Positions 40,808 to 50,572 of a DNA stretch of 64,000 bases are shown here, piece by piece; the stretch's first letter is position 1, and every line of letters starts with the position of its first letter. The position numbers and the translations under genes were made by a program. Source of the DNA: an uncultured Bacteroidales bacterium (GTDB taxonomy: Bacteria > Bacteroidota > Bacteroidia > Bacteroidales > G3-4614); assembly GCA_949297125.1 (NCBI GenBank), contig CASFRS010000024.1:18596-82595 (forward strand), read 5' to 3'. The notes beneath the pieces were generated by a model that was not told where the DNA came from, searched no databases, and saw only the letters and a list, made by a program, of their open reading frames with translations.

Positions 40808-43711
40808 ATGCCGTTAAGGAACAAGATATATATTCTCACAATAGCATTAGTTACGACCCTGCTGCTCATCAATATCCATGCGGCATCGATGAATATGTAT
40901 GCCCGGTATGAAGAGCCTCTGGACATGACAGATACGGTGCAGGCAGGAACGGCGGATACTTCGGCGGCAGCAGAAGTCCCGTCGCGGGGGGGATTGTCCG
41001 CTGTTGCCGTTCCTTCCGATACGTTCGGCAAATCGCCGCAATTCCCGACTCCCGATACCCTTGCCGTTGCCGATACCCTTTTCGCGCTTGCCGATTCCAT
41101 TGCGGCAGCCGATTCCCTGCAACAGGATTCCGTCCCCCCTCCAGTGCCTCAGAAAGAATCGGCCATTACCGACATAGTAGCCTATACGGCAAGGGATTCC
41201 ATGGTGTTCAGCAACTCCAACATGGCATATATGTACGGGAACAGTTCCGTAACGTACCAGGATATACAGCTCGATGCGGACGAGATACGGATGAATCTCG
41301 ACAGCAGCACCGTATATGCCGTGGGGCGTCCCGATACGGCCGGCGAGGTAATAGGCAACCCGGTATTCAAGGATAAAAGCGGCGAGTACGAAGCCGAAAC
41401 CATGAAGTATAACTTCAAGAGCAAGAAAGGGTTTATAACCAATGTGGTAACACAGCAGGGCGAAGGGTATCTCGTGGGCGGACAGACCAAAAAGGATGCC
41501 GAGGGCAATTTCAATCTCAGCAACGGCAAATACACCACCTGCGACAAGCACGATGACCCGCACTTCTACATACAACTGACAAAGGCGAAAATGCGGCCCG
41601 GAAAAAACGTCGTAACCGGACCGGCGTACATGGTGCTCGGCGGTGTGCCGTTGCCTTTGGCCATACCGTTCGGGTTCTTTCCGTTTACCGACAAATATTC
41701 GTCGGGAGTCATAATCCCTACAATAGGCGAGGAGTCGTCGCGCGGCTTCTATCTGCGCAACGGGGGGTATTACTTCGCGATAAGCGACTATATCGACCTG
41801 GCCCTTACCGGCGAGATATATACAAAAGGGTCGTGGGGGCTGCAGGGGCAGTCGGCATATACCAAGCGCTACAAGTTTTCGGGATTCCTGAATGCAAGCT
41901 ATCTGGTTACGGTTCTGGGCGACAAAGGGATGCCCGATTATCAGAAGCAGACCAACTTCCGCCTTATATGGCAGCACCGCCAGGACCAGAAGGCCAACCC
42001 CAACCTTACGTTTTCCTCGAGCGTGAACTTTACCACCAGCGGGTACGACCGGAACAGCATCAACACATATTACAACGCATCCGAATTCACGCAGAACACG
42101 AAGAGTTCTACCGTAAACCTCACATACACGTTTCCCAAGGCTCCTGTTTCCATATCCACGACGGCCAGCGTGTCGCAGCGAAGCAACGATTCCACTATCT
42201 CGGTGTCGTTCCCCGATTTTACCGTAAACGTAAACCGCATATATCCGTTCAAACGGAAAAAACCGGTAGGGAAGGAGAGGTGGTATGAAAAGATAAGTTT
42301 CAGCTATACGGGTATATTCCGCAACTCCATAACCACAAAGCAGGACCGGTTTCTCAAATCGAACCTGATTAAGGACTGGAGCAACGGGCTGCAGCACAAC
42401 ATCCCCATATCGGCGACGTTCACCATGTTCAAATATCTGAATGTAACTCCGTCGTTCTCGTTTACCGACAGGATGTACACCAACCGCATAATGAAGCAGT
42501 GGGACCCGCGCGCCTCGGCCGTGGTGAACGATACCATATACGGTTTCTACAATGTGTACAACTATTCGGGAAGCGTTACGTTCCAGACAAAACTTTACGG
42601 ATTCTACCAGCCGCTCAAATGGTTCGGCGGAAAGAAGATTAAAATGATACGCCACGTAATGACGCCGAGCGTGAGCGTAACCGGTGCGCCGGATTTCGGC
42701 GCCAAGCGGTATGGCTTCTGGCAGCGCTACACGCGTGTTAACCCCGACGGTTCTCTGGAAGAGGTGTCGTATTCCCCCTTCTCGCACGGGCTGTTCGGCA
42801 CCGCGCCGCAGGGGCGGCAGGGAACGGTGAATTTCTCGTTGGCCAACAACCTTGAAATGAAGGTGAATTCCGACCGCGACACGACAGGCGTCAGGAAAAT
42901 CAGCCTTATCGAGAACCTGGCGGTAAACTGGGGGTACAATGCCGCCGCCGACTCCCTGAACTGGAGCAACATAAACATGAACGTGCTGATAAGGCTGGCG
43001 AAGAACTTCAACCTGCAAACCAACTTCACGTTCGATACTTATACATATCAGCTCAATTCGTACGGAAATCCAGTAAGGGTGAATATTCCGCGCTGGAAAG
43101 CCGGCAAGGGTCTGGGACGCCTCTCCAGTACGGGGACGTCGTTCTCGTATACGTTCAACAATTCCACGTTCGAGAAACTTTTCAACCGGAACAAGGACGG
43201 CAAGGATGAACCCGAGAATACGAACGTCCGTTCCGACGGGCAGCCGATAGTGGACCTTGAGGAACTGGCGGCTGTCAGAAAGGAGATGGAGGCCGAGAGT
43301 AAGGAAAACGGCGAAGAAAGTCCCGAAATGAAGAACGGGTATATGGTGTGGAAAATACCGTGGAGCCTGTCGGTAAACTATTCGTTCAGCTACGGATACG
43401 GCGACTTCAACAAGGAGAAAATGGAATATAACGGAAGGATAACGCAGAACCTGAGCTTTTCGGGAAACATACAGCCTACAAAAAACTGGGTCTTTACATT
43501 CTCGACAAGCTACGACTTCGATACAAAGCGGTTGGCCTACATGAGTTGCGGCGTTACGCGCGACATGCACTGCTGGAGCATGAGTTGCGATTTCGTCCCT
43601 GTCGGACCGTACAAGTCGTACAATTTCCATATAAGCGTAAAATCCTCGCTGTTGCAGGATCTCAAGTACGAAAAGAGTACCAGCCCGTACGACGGAGAAG
43701 ACTGGTATTGA
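40808..43711 (+). CDS. lptD: LPS-assembly outer-membrane protein LptD-like
   Basis: The track start (40790) is a GTG inside the predicted 5' UTR. The ATG at 40808 gives MPLRNKIYILTIALV. Has an OstA-like N-domain (AYTARDSMVFSNSNMAYMYGNSSVTYQDIQLDADEI) and a very large beta-barrel region. Confidence 0.8.
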   Translation: MPLRNKIYILTIALVTTLLLINIHAASMNMYARYEEPLDMTDTVQAGTADTSAAAEVPSRGGLSAVAVPSDTFGKSPQFPTPDTLAVADTLFALADSIAAADSLQQDSVPPPVPQKESAITDIVAYTARDSMVFSNSNMAYMYGNSSVTYQDIQLDADEIRMNLDSSTVYAVGRPDTAGEVIGNPVFKDKSGEYEAETMKYNFKSKKGFITNVVTQQGEGYLVGGQTKKDAEGNFNLSNGKYTTCDKHDDPHFYIQLTKAKMRPGKNVVTGPAYMVLGGVPLPLAIPFGFFPFTDKYSSGVIIPTIGEESSRGFYLRNGGYYFAISDYIDLALTGEIYTKGSWGLQGQSAYTKRYKFSGFLNASYLVTVLGDKGMPDYQKQTNFRLIWQHRQDQKANPNLTFSSSVNFTTSGYDRNSINTYYNASEFTQNTKSSTVNLTYTFPKAPVSISTTASVSQRSNDSTISVSFPDFTVNVNRIYPFKRKKPVGKERWYEKISFSYTGIFRNSITTKQDRFLKSNLIKDWSNGLQHNIPISATFTMFKYLNVTPSFSFTDRMYTNRIMKQWDPRASAVVNDTIYGFYNVYNYSGSVTFQTKLYGFYQPLKWFGGKKIKMIRHVMTPSVSVTGAPDFGAKRYGFWQRYTRVNPDGSLEEVSYSPFSHGLFGTAPQGRQGTVNFSLANNLEMKVNSDRDTTGVRKISLIENLAVNWGYNAAADSLNWSNINMNVLIRLAKNFNLQTNFTFDTYTYQLNSYGNPVRVNIPRWKAGKGLGRLSSTGTSFSYTFNNSTFEKLFNRNKDGKDEPENTNVRSDGQPIVDLEELAAVRKEMEAESKENGEESPEMKNGYMVWKIPWSLSVNYSFSYGYGDFNKEKMEYNGRITQNLSFSGNIQPTKNWVFTFSTSYDFDTKRLAYMSCGVTRDMHCWSMSCDFVPVGPYKSYNFHISVKSSLLQDLKYEKSTSPYDGEDWY

Positions 43712-43785
43712 TTCCGTCCGGAGAGGAATAATGCTTGAAACTGACATAAAACAGGAATACGGCGTGTAAATTCAAAAAAAAGCAT

Positions 43786-43793
43786 TAACTTTG
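43786..43793 (+). promoter_or_regulatory. candidate -7 box TAACTTTG (rpsA)
   Basis: Exact consensus followed by C, 57 nt upstream of the ATG. Confidence 0.55.
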
Positions 43794-43849
43794 CACCCGA
43801 TTTTACAACATAAAGTCTAACCCATTAGTATTAAACTTATTATTTTAAA

Positions 43850-45637
43850 ATGGAAGAAAAAGAACAACTGAACACCCCGGTTGAGAATTTCGACTGGGAT
43901 GCCTATGAAAAAGGCGAGGCATTAGGCGACAAGAGCCGTGAAGAGCTGGAGAAAAGCTACGACAAGACTCTTAACACATTGAAGGACAAAGATGTTACCG
44001 AAGGGACCGTAATCTCGATGAACAAACGCGAGGTGGTGGTGAATATCGGTTACAAGTCGGACGGAATAATCTCCATGAGCGAGTTCCGTTACAATCCCGA
44101 CCTTAAAGTAGGCGATAAGGTTGAAGTATATATAGAGAACCAGGAGGACAAAAAAGGGCAGCTTATCCTTTCGCACAAGAAAGCCCGTGCAGCCCGTTCG
44201 TGGGATCGCGTCAACCAGGCTCTCGAAAGCGGCGAGATAGTAAAAGGCTACATCAAGTGCCGTACCAAGGGCGGTATGATAGTAGACGTATTCGGCATAG
44301 AGGCTTTCCTCCCCGGTTCGCAGATAGATATCAAACCCATACGCGACTACGATGTATTCGTAGGGAAGACAATGGAATTCAAGGTTGTGAAAATAAACCA
44401 GGAGTACCGCAACGTGGTAGTATCGCACAAAGCCCTTATCGAAGCAGAACTTGAGCAGCAGAAGAAGGAGATTATATCGAAACTCGAAAAAGGCCAGATT
44501 CTCGAGGGCGTTGTCAAGAACATTACATCGTATGGCGTATTCGTAGATCTCGGCGGAGTGGACGGCCTTATTCACATAACCGACCTCTCCTGGGGCCGCG
44601 TATCGCATCCCGACGAGATAGTTAAACTCGACGAGAAGATAAATGTCGTGATACTCGACTTCGACGACGAGAAGAAACGTATTGCACTCGGTCTCAAGCA
44701 GCTTACCCCGCATCCGTGGGATGCCCTCGATCCCAACCTCAAGGTGGGCGACAAGGTAAAGGGTAAAGTCGTTGTCATGGCCGATTACGGAGCATTCATC
44801 GAAATAGCGCCGGGCGTAGAGGGCCTTATCCACGTATCGGAAATGTCGTGGTCGCAGCACCTGCGCAGCGCACAGGACTTTATGAAGGTAGGCGACGAGG
44901 TGGAAGCCGTAATACTTACCCTCAGCCGTGAAGAGCGTAAAATGTCCCTCGGTATCAAACAGCTCAAACCCGATCCCTGGGAGAATGTCGAAACCAAATA
45001 TGCAGTAGGGACACGCCATACTGCCAAAGTACGCAACTTCACCAACTTCGGCGTATTTGTAGAAATAGAAGAGGGGATAGACGGGCTTATCCACATATCC
45101 GACCTTTCGTGGACCAAGAAAATCAAGCACCCGTCGGAGTTTACCCAGATAGGGGCCGACATAGAAGTACAGGTACTCGACATAGACAAGGAGAACCGTC
45201 GTCTCAGCCTCGGACACAAGCAGCTTGAAGAGAACCCGTGGGATGTATTTGAAACGGTATTTACGCTCAACTCAATCCACGAAGGGACTATAATCGAGAT
45301 GCTCGACAAGGGAGCAGTAGTTTCCCTCCCCTACGGCGTGGAAGGGTTCGCGACCCCCAAGCACCTTGTAAAGGAAGACGGGACTCAGGCTCAGGTGAAC
45401 GAGAAGCTCCCGTTCAAGGTGATAGAGTTCAACAAGGATGCAAAGCGCATAATCCTTTCGCACAGCAGGATATTCGAGGATGAAGCTAAGAAGGAACTGG
45501 CCGCAGCCAAGAAAGCAGCCAAGAAAGCAGCCAAAGAGGAGGATTCGATACCGACTCCGGTAATAGAGAAATCCACTCTCGGCGATATTCAGGAGCTTGC
45601 AGCCCTCAAGGAAAAACTCGATGCCGAGAACAAGTAA
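43850..45637 (+). CDS. rpsA: 30S ribosomal protein S1
   Basis: 595 aa. Six S1 repeats (e.g. GYIKCRTKGGMIVDVFGIEAFLPGSQ; GVVKNITSYGVFVDLGGVDGLIH). Confidence 0.97.
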   Translation: MEEKEQLNTPVENFDWDAYEKGEALGDKSREELEKSYDKTLNTLKDKDVTEGTVISMNKREVVVNIGYKSDGIISMSEFRYNPDLKVGDKVEVYIENQEDKKGQLILSHKKARAARSWDRVNQALESGEIVKGYIKCRTKGGMIVDVFGIEAFLPGSQIDIKPIRDYDVFVGKTMEFKVVKINQEYRNVVVSHKALIEAELEQQKKEIISKLEKGQILEGVVKNITSYGVFVDLGGVDGLIHITDLSWGRVSHPDEIVKLDEKINVVILDFDDEKKRIALGLKQLTPHPWDALDPNLKVGDKVKGKVVVMADYGAFIEIAPGVEGLIHVSEMSWSQHLRSAQDFMKVGDEVEAVILTLSREERKMSLGIKQLKPDPWENVETKYAVGTRHTAKVRNFTNFGVFVEIEEGIDGLIHISDLSWTKKIKHPSEFTQIGADIEVQVLDIDKENRRLSLGHKQLEENPWDVFETVFTLNSIHEGTIIEMLDKGAVVSLPYGVEGFATPKHLVKEDGTQAQVNEKLPFKVIEFNKDAKRIILSHSRIFEDEAKKELAAAKKAAKKAAKEEDSIPTPVIEKSTLGDIQELAALKEKLDAENK

Positions 45638-45681
45638 CAGATAATGAGCAAAGGCGGCATATTGCCGTCGGCAAACCCGAA

Positions 45682-45715
45682 ACAGGAGGCTTTCTTGAAA
45701 AAGGAAGCCTCCTGT
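45682..45715 (+). terminator. rpsA terminator
   Basis: ACAGGAGGCTT(T)C / GGAAGCCTCCTGT stem, 45 nt past the stop. Confidence 0.65.
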
Positions 45716-45768
45716 CGTATCTTGTTGTATTAAAAACGGGGAGGCTTCGCTATTGATTAAAAAAATAG

Positions 45769-45776
45769 TATATTTG
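45769..45776 (+). promoter_or_regulatory. candidate -7 box TATATTTG (receiver/PPDK_N operon)
   Basis: Exact consensus, lying between the rpsA terminator hairpin and the ATG at 45814. Confidence 0.5.
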
Positions 45777-45813
45777 AGACTTGTAAGCAACAACCGAAAC
45801 AGCGTAGGACAAC

Positions 45814-48810
45814 ATGGCCGGCAACGATAGAACCACGGGGAACGATATAAACCAGTTGTATATGAAAGACACCTCTTTTGCAAACCTGATGCAGAAGAGA
45901 ATATATAATGTGTTGCTGATAGCAAGCCGTTACGATGCCTTTACTCTTGAAGAGGACGGGCGCGTGGAAGAGCACATATTTCTCGAATACATGTCGCTCA
46001 ACCTCAGTTCCCCGCCACGGGTAAAACAGGTGAACGATGTAGGGGCTGCCATTTCGGAACTCTCTTCGCGGCATTACGACCTTATAATAGCGATGCCTCC
46101 TATGCAGGACAATGAAATGTTCAGGAGCCTCAAGGAGTTAAAGGCGAAATACCCTGACATACCGGTAGCGTTGCTTACTCCGTTCTCGCACGAAGTGTCG
46201 CGGAGGCTCGAGAACGAAGACCTCAGCGGCGTGGATTACGCTTTCAGCTGGCTCGGCAATGCCGACCTGCTGCTTGCCATAGTGAAGCTGATAGAGGACA
46301 AGATGAACGTAAGGGAGGACGTGGCATCGGTAGGCGTGCAGGTGATATTGCTGGTTGAGGATTCCATACGGTTCTACTCCTCGCTGCTGCCCATACTCTA
46401 CAAACTGGTCCTGAAACAGTCGCAGATATTCTCGACCGAAGCGTTGAACCGTCATGAACAGATGCTCCGCATGAGGGGGCGGCCCAAAATACTGCTTGCC
46501 CGCAATTATGAGGAAGCCCGGGCCATATACGACAAGTTCAGCAACAATATACTGGGGGTCGTTACCGACGTTTCGTTCATGCGTGCCGGGACGAAAGACC
46601 CTGAAGCAGGGCTCAAGCTTTGCAGCTACCTTCGCAGCAAAGACGAGAATCTGCCCATAATAATAGATTCGTCCGATCTGGAGAACCAGAAATGCGCGAT
46701 AGACTTCAATGCCGCATTCCTGTACAAACGCTCCAAAACGCTCCCCGTCGATTTGAAGAACGCCGTATTGCGCAATTTCGGGTATTCCGATTTTGAATTC
46801 ATACAGCCGCAGACCGGCGAAGTGATTGCAACGGTAAAGAACCTGAAAGATTTGCAGAATGTAATATTCAGCATTCCGGACGACTCGCTCCTTTACCACG
46901 CATCGCGCAACCATATATCCAGCTGGCTCTACTCCAGGGCAATGTTCCCGCTGGCCGAGATCCTGAAGCAGAAGCGCGTAGTGGAAAATACCGATGCAGC
47001 CGAGATTCGCCAACTGATATTCGATGCCATAGTAAAATACCGTAAAATGAAGAACAGCGGGGTGGTGGCGATATTTGAACGGAACAGGTTCGACAAATAT
47101 TCCAACTTCGCGCGTATAGGACAAGGTTCTCTCGGGGGCAAGGGGCGCGGCCTGGCCTTTATAGACATGCTGATAAAGCGGCATCCCGCACTCTCCGGAT
47201 ACGAAGGCGTCTCGGTCTCGATTCCGAAGACGGTTGTGCTATGCACCGACATATTCGATGAATTCATGGAAGGGAACAATCTGTATACCGTAGCCCTTTC
47301 CGATATTCCCGACGAAGAGATACTCTCCCGCTTTCTGGAGGCTTCGTTGCCAAAGTGGCTTGATGAAGACCTGAAAGCCTTCCTCGATGTTGTTCAGAGC
47401 CCGGTAGCCGTGCGCTCCTCAAGCCTGCTTGAGGATTCGCATTACCAGCCGTTTGCAGGGATATACTCCACATACATGATTCCCGACTTCGACTCGCAGG
47501 AGAAGATACTTGCCATGTTGAAAGACGCCATAAAGGGGGTATATGCCTCGGTCTATTATTCCGACAGCAAGGCATACATGGAAGCCACTTCAAATGTCAT
47601 AGACCAGGAGAAAATGGCCATAATACTTCAGGAAGTGGTGGGCGTTAGATACCCCGAGCGGTACTACCCGTCGTTCTCGGGCGTGGGCCGCTCCATAAAC
47701 TATTACCCCATCAACGATGAAAAACCCGAAGACGGAGTGGTCGACGTGGCTGTGGGGCTTGGAAAATACATAGTGGACGGAGGCCGCAGTCTCCGTTTCT
47801 CCCCGAAACATCCGGCATCGGTATTGCAGACAAGCACCATGGACCTGGCGCTTAGCGATACGCAGACCCGCTTCTATTCGCTCGACATGCGTAACGTGGA
47901 AAAGACGTTCTCCATGGATGACGGTTTCAACCTGATGAAACTCCCCATTTCCGAGGCCGAGAAGGACGGCTCGCTTTACGGTATGGTTTCCACTTTCGAT
48001 TATGCCGACCAGGTAATACGCGACGGGTACTACGAGGGCGGGCGCAAGGTCGTAACCTTTGCAAATATCCTGCAGCACGGGATGTTCCCGTTGGCCGACC
48101 TTCTGAATAAGATGCTGGCGTACGGAAAGCAGGAAATGGGCCGTCCGGTCGAGATAGAGTTTGCCTGCAATCTCCCGTCGGGCAAAACACCCGGGGCTAT
48201 GTACTGGTTGCAGATAAGGCCGATAGTCGATTCAAAGGAGATGCGCGAGGACGAGATAGACGAGGTGTCCGAGGACGAGCTCCTTATAAAAAGCACCTCT
48301 GCGTTGGGTCATGGGGTGCTCGACGACGTAACGCATGTGGTATATGTAAAAGACGGCGTTTTCGGATATACCAACAATTCGTTCATAGCGCGCGAGATAG
48401 AAAAAGCGAACAAGAACTTCCTCCTGCACAAGCAGTCCTATATACTGATAGGCCCGGGCAGGTGGGGTTCGAGCGATGCCGCGCTCGGCATACCGGTAAA
48501 GTGGCCCCACATTTCGGCGTCGAAACTGATAGTGGAGACCGCCTTGAACAACTATTGGATAGAGCCGAGCCAGGGAACGCACTTCTTCCAGAACCTGACA
48601 TCGTTCGGGGTTGGGTACTTTACGATAGACCAAGGTGCTGAAGGCGGGTATTTCGACAAGTCTTACCTCGATGCCATCCCCTCCGAATACGAGACGGACA
48701 ATATCCGCGTGGTGCAGTTGCCGCATCCGGCTGTAATAAAGATAAACGGAAAGAAAAACGTGGGGATAGTAATGAAACCGGTAACAGACGATACAACCGA
48801 CAAGGAATAA
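45814..48810 (+). CDS. receiver-domain / PEP-pyruvate-binding (PPDK_N ATP-grasp) protein of unknown function
   Basis: 998 aa. Two CheY-like modules (YDLIIAMPPM; ILLVEDS...GVVTDVSF), then PPDK_N motifs (GGKGRGLAF, VAVRSSSLLEDSHYQPFAG). The C-terminal region with GPGRWGSSDAALGIPVKW has no obvious catalytic His. Confidence 0.8.
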   Translation: MAGNDRTTGNDINQLYMKDTSFANLMQKRIYNVLLIASRYDAFTLEEDGRVEEHIFLEYMSLNLSSPPRVKQVNDVGAAISELSSRHYDLIIAMPPMQDNEMFRSLKELKAKYPDIPVALLTPFSHEVSRRLENEDLSGVDYAFSWLGNADLLLAIVKLIEDKMNVREDVASVGVQVILLVEDSIRFYSSLLPILYKLVLKQSQIFSTEALNRHEQMLRMRGRPKILLARNYEEARAIYDKFSNNILGVVTDVSFMRAGTKDPEAGLKLCSYLRSKDENLPIIIDSSDLENQKCAIDFNAAFLYKRSKTLPVDLKNAVLRNFGYSDFEFIQPQTGEVIATVKNLKDLQNVIFSIPDDSLLYHASRNHISSWLYSRAMFPLAEILKQKRVVENTDAAEIRQLIFDAIVKYRKMKNSGVVAIFERNRFDKYSNFARIGQGSLGGKGRGLAFIDMLIKRHPALSGYEGVSVSIPKTVVLCTDIFDEFMEGNNLYTVALSDIPDEEILSRFLEASLPKWLDEDLKAFLDVVQSPVAVRSSSLLEDSHYQPFAGIYSTYMIPDFDSQEKILAMLKDAIKGVYASVYYSDSKAYMEATSNVIDQEKMAIILQEVVGVRYPERYYPSFSGVGRSINYYPINDEKPEDGVVDVAVGLGKYIVDGGRSLRFSPKHPASVLQTSTMDLALSDTQTRFYSLDMRNVEKTFSMDDGFNLMKLPISEAEKDGSLYGMVSTFDYADQVIRDGYYEGGRKVVTFANILQHGMFPLADLLNKMLAYGKQEMGRPVEIEFACNLPSGKTPGAMYWLQIRPIVDSKEMREDEIDEVSEDELLIKSTSALGHGVLDDVTHVVYVKDGVFGYTNNSFIAREIEKANKNFLLHKQSYILIGPGRWGSSDAALGIPVKWPHISASKLIVETALNNYWIEPSQGTHFFQNLTSFGVGYFTIDQGAEGGYFDKSYLDAIPSEYETDNIRVVQLPHPAVIKINGKKNVGIVMKPVTDDTTDKE

Positions 48811-48822
48811 AAATAGCAGCAG

Positions 48823-50571
48823 ATGAAATTGAACATAAAAAAATCCATAGCATCCATATTCTCTCCCGGACAGCAATACGAAGAAAACGGTTACGGCGAC
48901 GATGATTCGGAAGACGAATCCGTGGCGGTGAAAGCCGATTACGAGCGCGCATACAATACTTCCAATATTCCCGATGCACTGTTGGAAAAAATAATAGAGA
49001 TTATCAACCGTGCCCTTCCCGAGGTAATACAGCGGAGCATAGACAAGGAGGCCGAGAAGCAGGAAGTGTACCGGTACATACGTCCGGCATTTATGGAGTA
49101 TATAAACTATGTGGCGAAAAGAGTGAACTCCGGGGAGGGGGTCGCGGTCTCGGGCGAAGCGGAAAACCAGCCCGACCGTGCAGATTCGCATAAGTCGGAA
49201 CTCACGGCGCTGCTCCAGAGCAAAAACGAGTACAAGGAGCGGTTCTTAAGTGCGGAGAGGCAGCGCAGGGCGTTGGCCGACAAGGTGCACGAACTGGAGC
49301 AGCGGTTGGAAAAGACCGATGCAGAGTGCCGGAAACTGAAAGAGGAAAGGGCGGAAGGCAACAACAGGTACCGTATTGCCGTACAGCAGAAGAAGCAGGC
49401 GGACGAAGAGGTAGAGAAGATGCGCCTTGAACTGGAACAGTACCGCCAGATGCAGGACAACAACAACCTGATGCAGGTAGGGACATCCATGCCGGCCGAT
49501 GATTATGTGGAGACTCTTAAAAAGGAAATAGTAAAACTCCAGACCCAGAACGGCGAACTTGAGCAGCAGAACGAGGCGGCGCAGGCCAAAATAGAAGAGA
49601 TAACCGCATCGTTTGAAACGGCGCTGCACGTAAAGGACGAAACGGTCAGACAGGCTGTCGAGCGCGAAACGGTATTGCAGGCGCGGATTGATGCGCTCCA
49701 GCAACAGAATGCCGGGGTGGACCCCGAGGGAAAGGACGGGGAGATAACGCGCCGGTTGATAGATGTTACCCGGAAATATCAGGCCCTGCAATTGCAGATG
49801 TCGGAATATAAGGCCAAAATGCCCGATGAGACTGAGGTGGAGGACCTGAAAAGGCAGGTCGAAGAACTCACAATGCAGTTGAACAGGGTAAAGAATGCCG
49901 ATATCGCCGCAAAACTTCATGGCGAGGCAGACCCTGCGTACGAACAGAATACCGAACTGAGAGAAAAACTGGAGCAGCATGAAAAGCGCGAGCAGGAACT
50001 GAACGCCCTCCTTGACGCATCGAGGCATGAAGTGGCCGAACTGAACGTGCGTCTTTCGTGTTTGTCCGATGCGGTGGTAGAAGGAATGTCGATACAGGAG
50101 CAGGAGCAGATGAAGGCGACGCTGCTTGAAACGCAGGTGGCATTGAAGACACACGAGAACGATTTGGCAGAAGCAAAATCGGAGATAGAAAAATTGCGCG
50201 AGAAATCCCGGCGTCAGGCTGCTGCGGCAGAAAAGCGACGCGATGTGCGCCAGTTGGAGGAGTTAAGGGAAAAGTTGGCTGCTGCGAGCAAGGATGCGGA
50301 GAAGTTCAAAAAAGAGGCCGAGATTGCGAAAATGAACGTAAATGCATTGTCCAATGAAGTAGAGGCGTTGAAAAGCGAGTTGGGAAAATATGAATCCGAT
50401 ACGGCATCGATAGATATAGAAGGGGATGACTGGATGGTGGTAATGGAGCCTGAAACCCCCGAGGAGATACTCGACCGCAAGAACAGGGAGTTGGAGAAAC
50501 TTCGGCAGGAGGAAGAAGAAAAGGAAAAGACGGAGCATTTTGAAGATCCGGCACAGATGAAGTTATGGTAA
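48823..50571 (+). CDS. acidic long coiled-coil protein, function unknown
   Basis: 582 aa, starting 12 nt after the upstream stop. Heptad-rich Glu/Gln/Lys/Arg sequence almost throughout, with host-like codon usage. Confidence 0.75.
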   Translation: MKLNIKKSIASIFSPGQQYEENGYGDDDSEDESVAVKADYERAYNTSNIPDALLEKIIEIINRALPEVIQRSIDKEAEKQEVYRYIRPAFMEYINYVAKRVNSGEGVAVSGEAENQPDRADSHKSELTALLQSKNEYKERFLSAERQRRALADKVHELEQRLEKTDAECRKLKEERAEGNNRYRIAVQQKKQADEEVEKMRLELEQYRQMQDNNNLMQVGTSMPADDYVETLKKEIVKLQTQNGELEQQNEAAQAKIEEITASFETALHVKDETVRQAVERETVLQARIDALQQQNAGVDPEGKDGEITRRLIDVTRKYQALQLQMSEYKAKMPDETEVEDLKRQVEELTMQLNRVKNADIAAKLHGEADPAYEQNTELREKLEQHEKREQELNALLDASRHEVAELNVRLSCLSDAVVEGMSIQEQEQMKATLLETQVALKTHENDLAEAKSEIEKLREKSRRQAAAAEKRRDVRQLEELREKLAAASKDAEKFKKEAEIAKMNVNALSNEVEALKSELGKYESDTASIDIEGDDWMVVMEPETPEEILDRKNRELEKLRQEEEEKEKTEHFEDPAQMKLW

Positions 50572-50572
50572 A

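Noticed and set aside
40847-43747. 966-aa ORF antisense to lptD, the longest alternative ORF in the track
   Set aside because: It is exactly codon-aligned with lptD, so it is open only because lptD lacks TTA/CTA/TCA codons. The translation is Arg/Val/His/Tyr-rich with no motifs. lptD on the plus strand has clear domain signatures and a promoter box.
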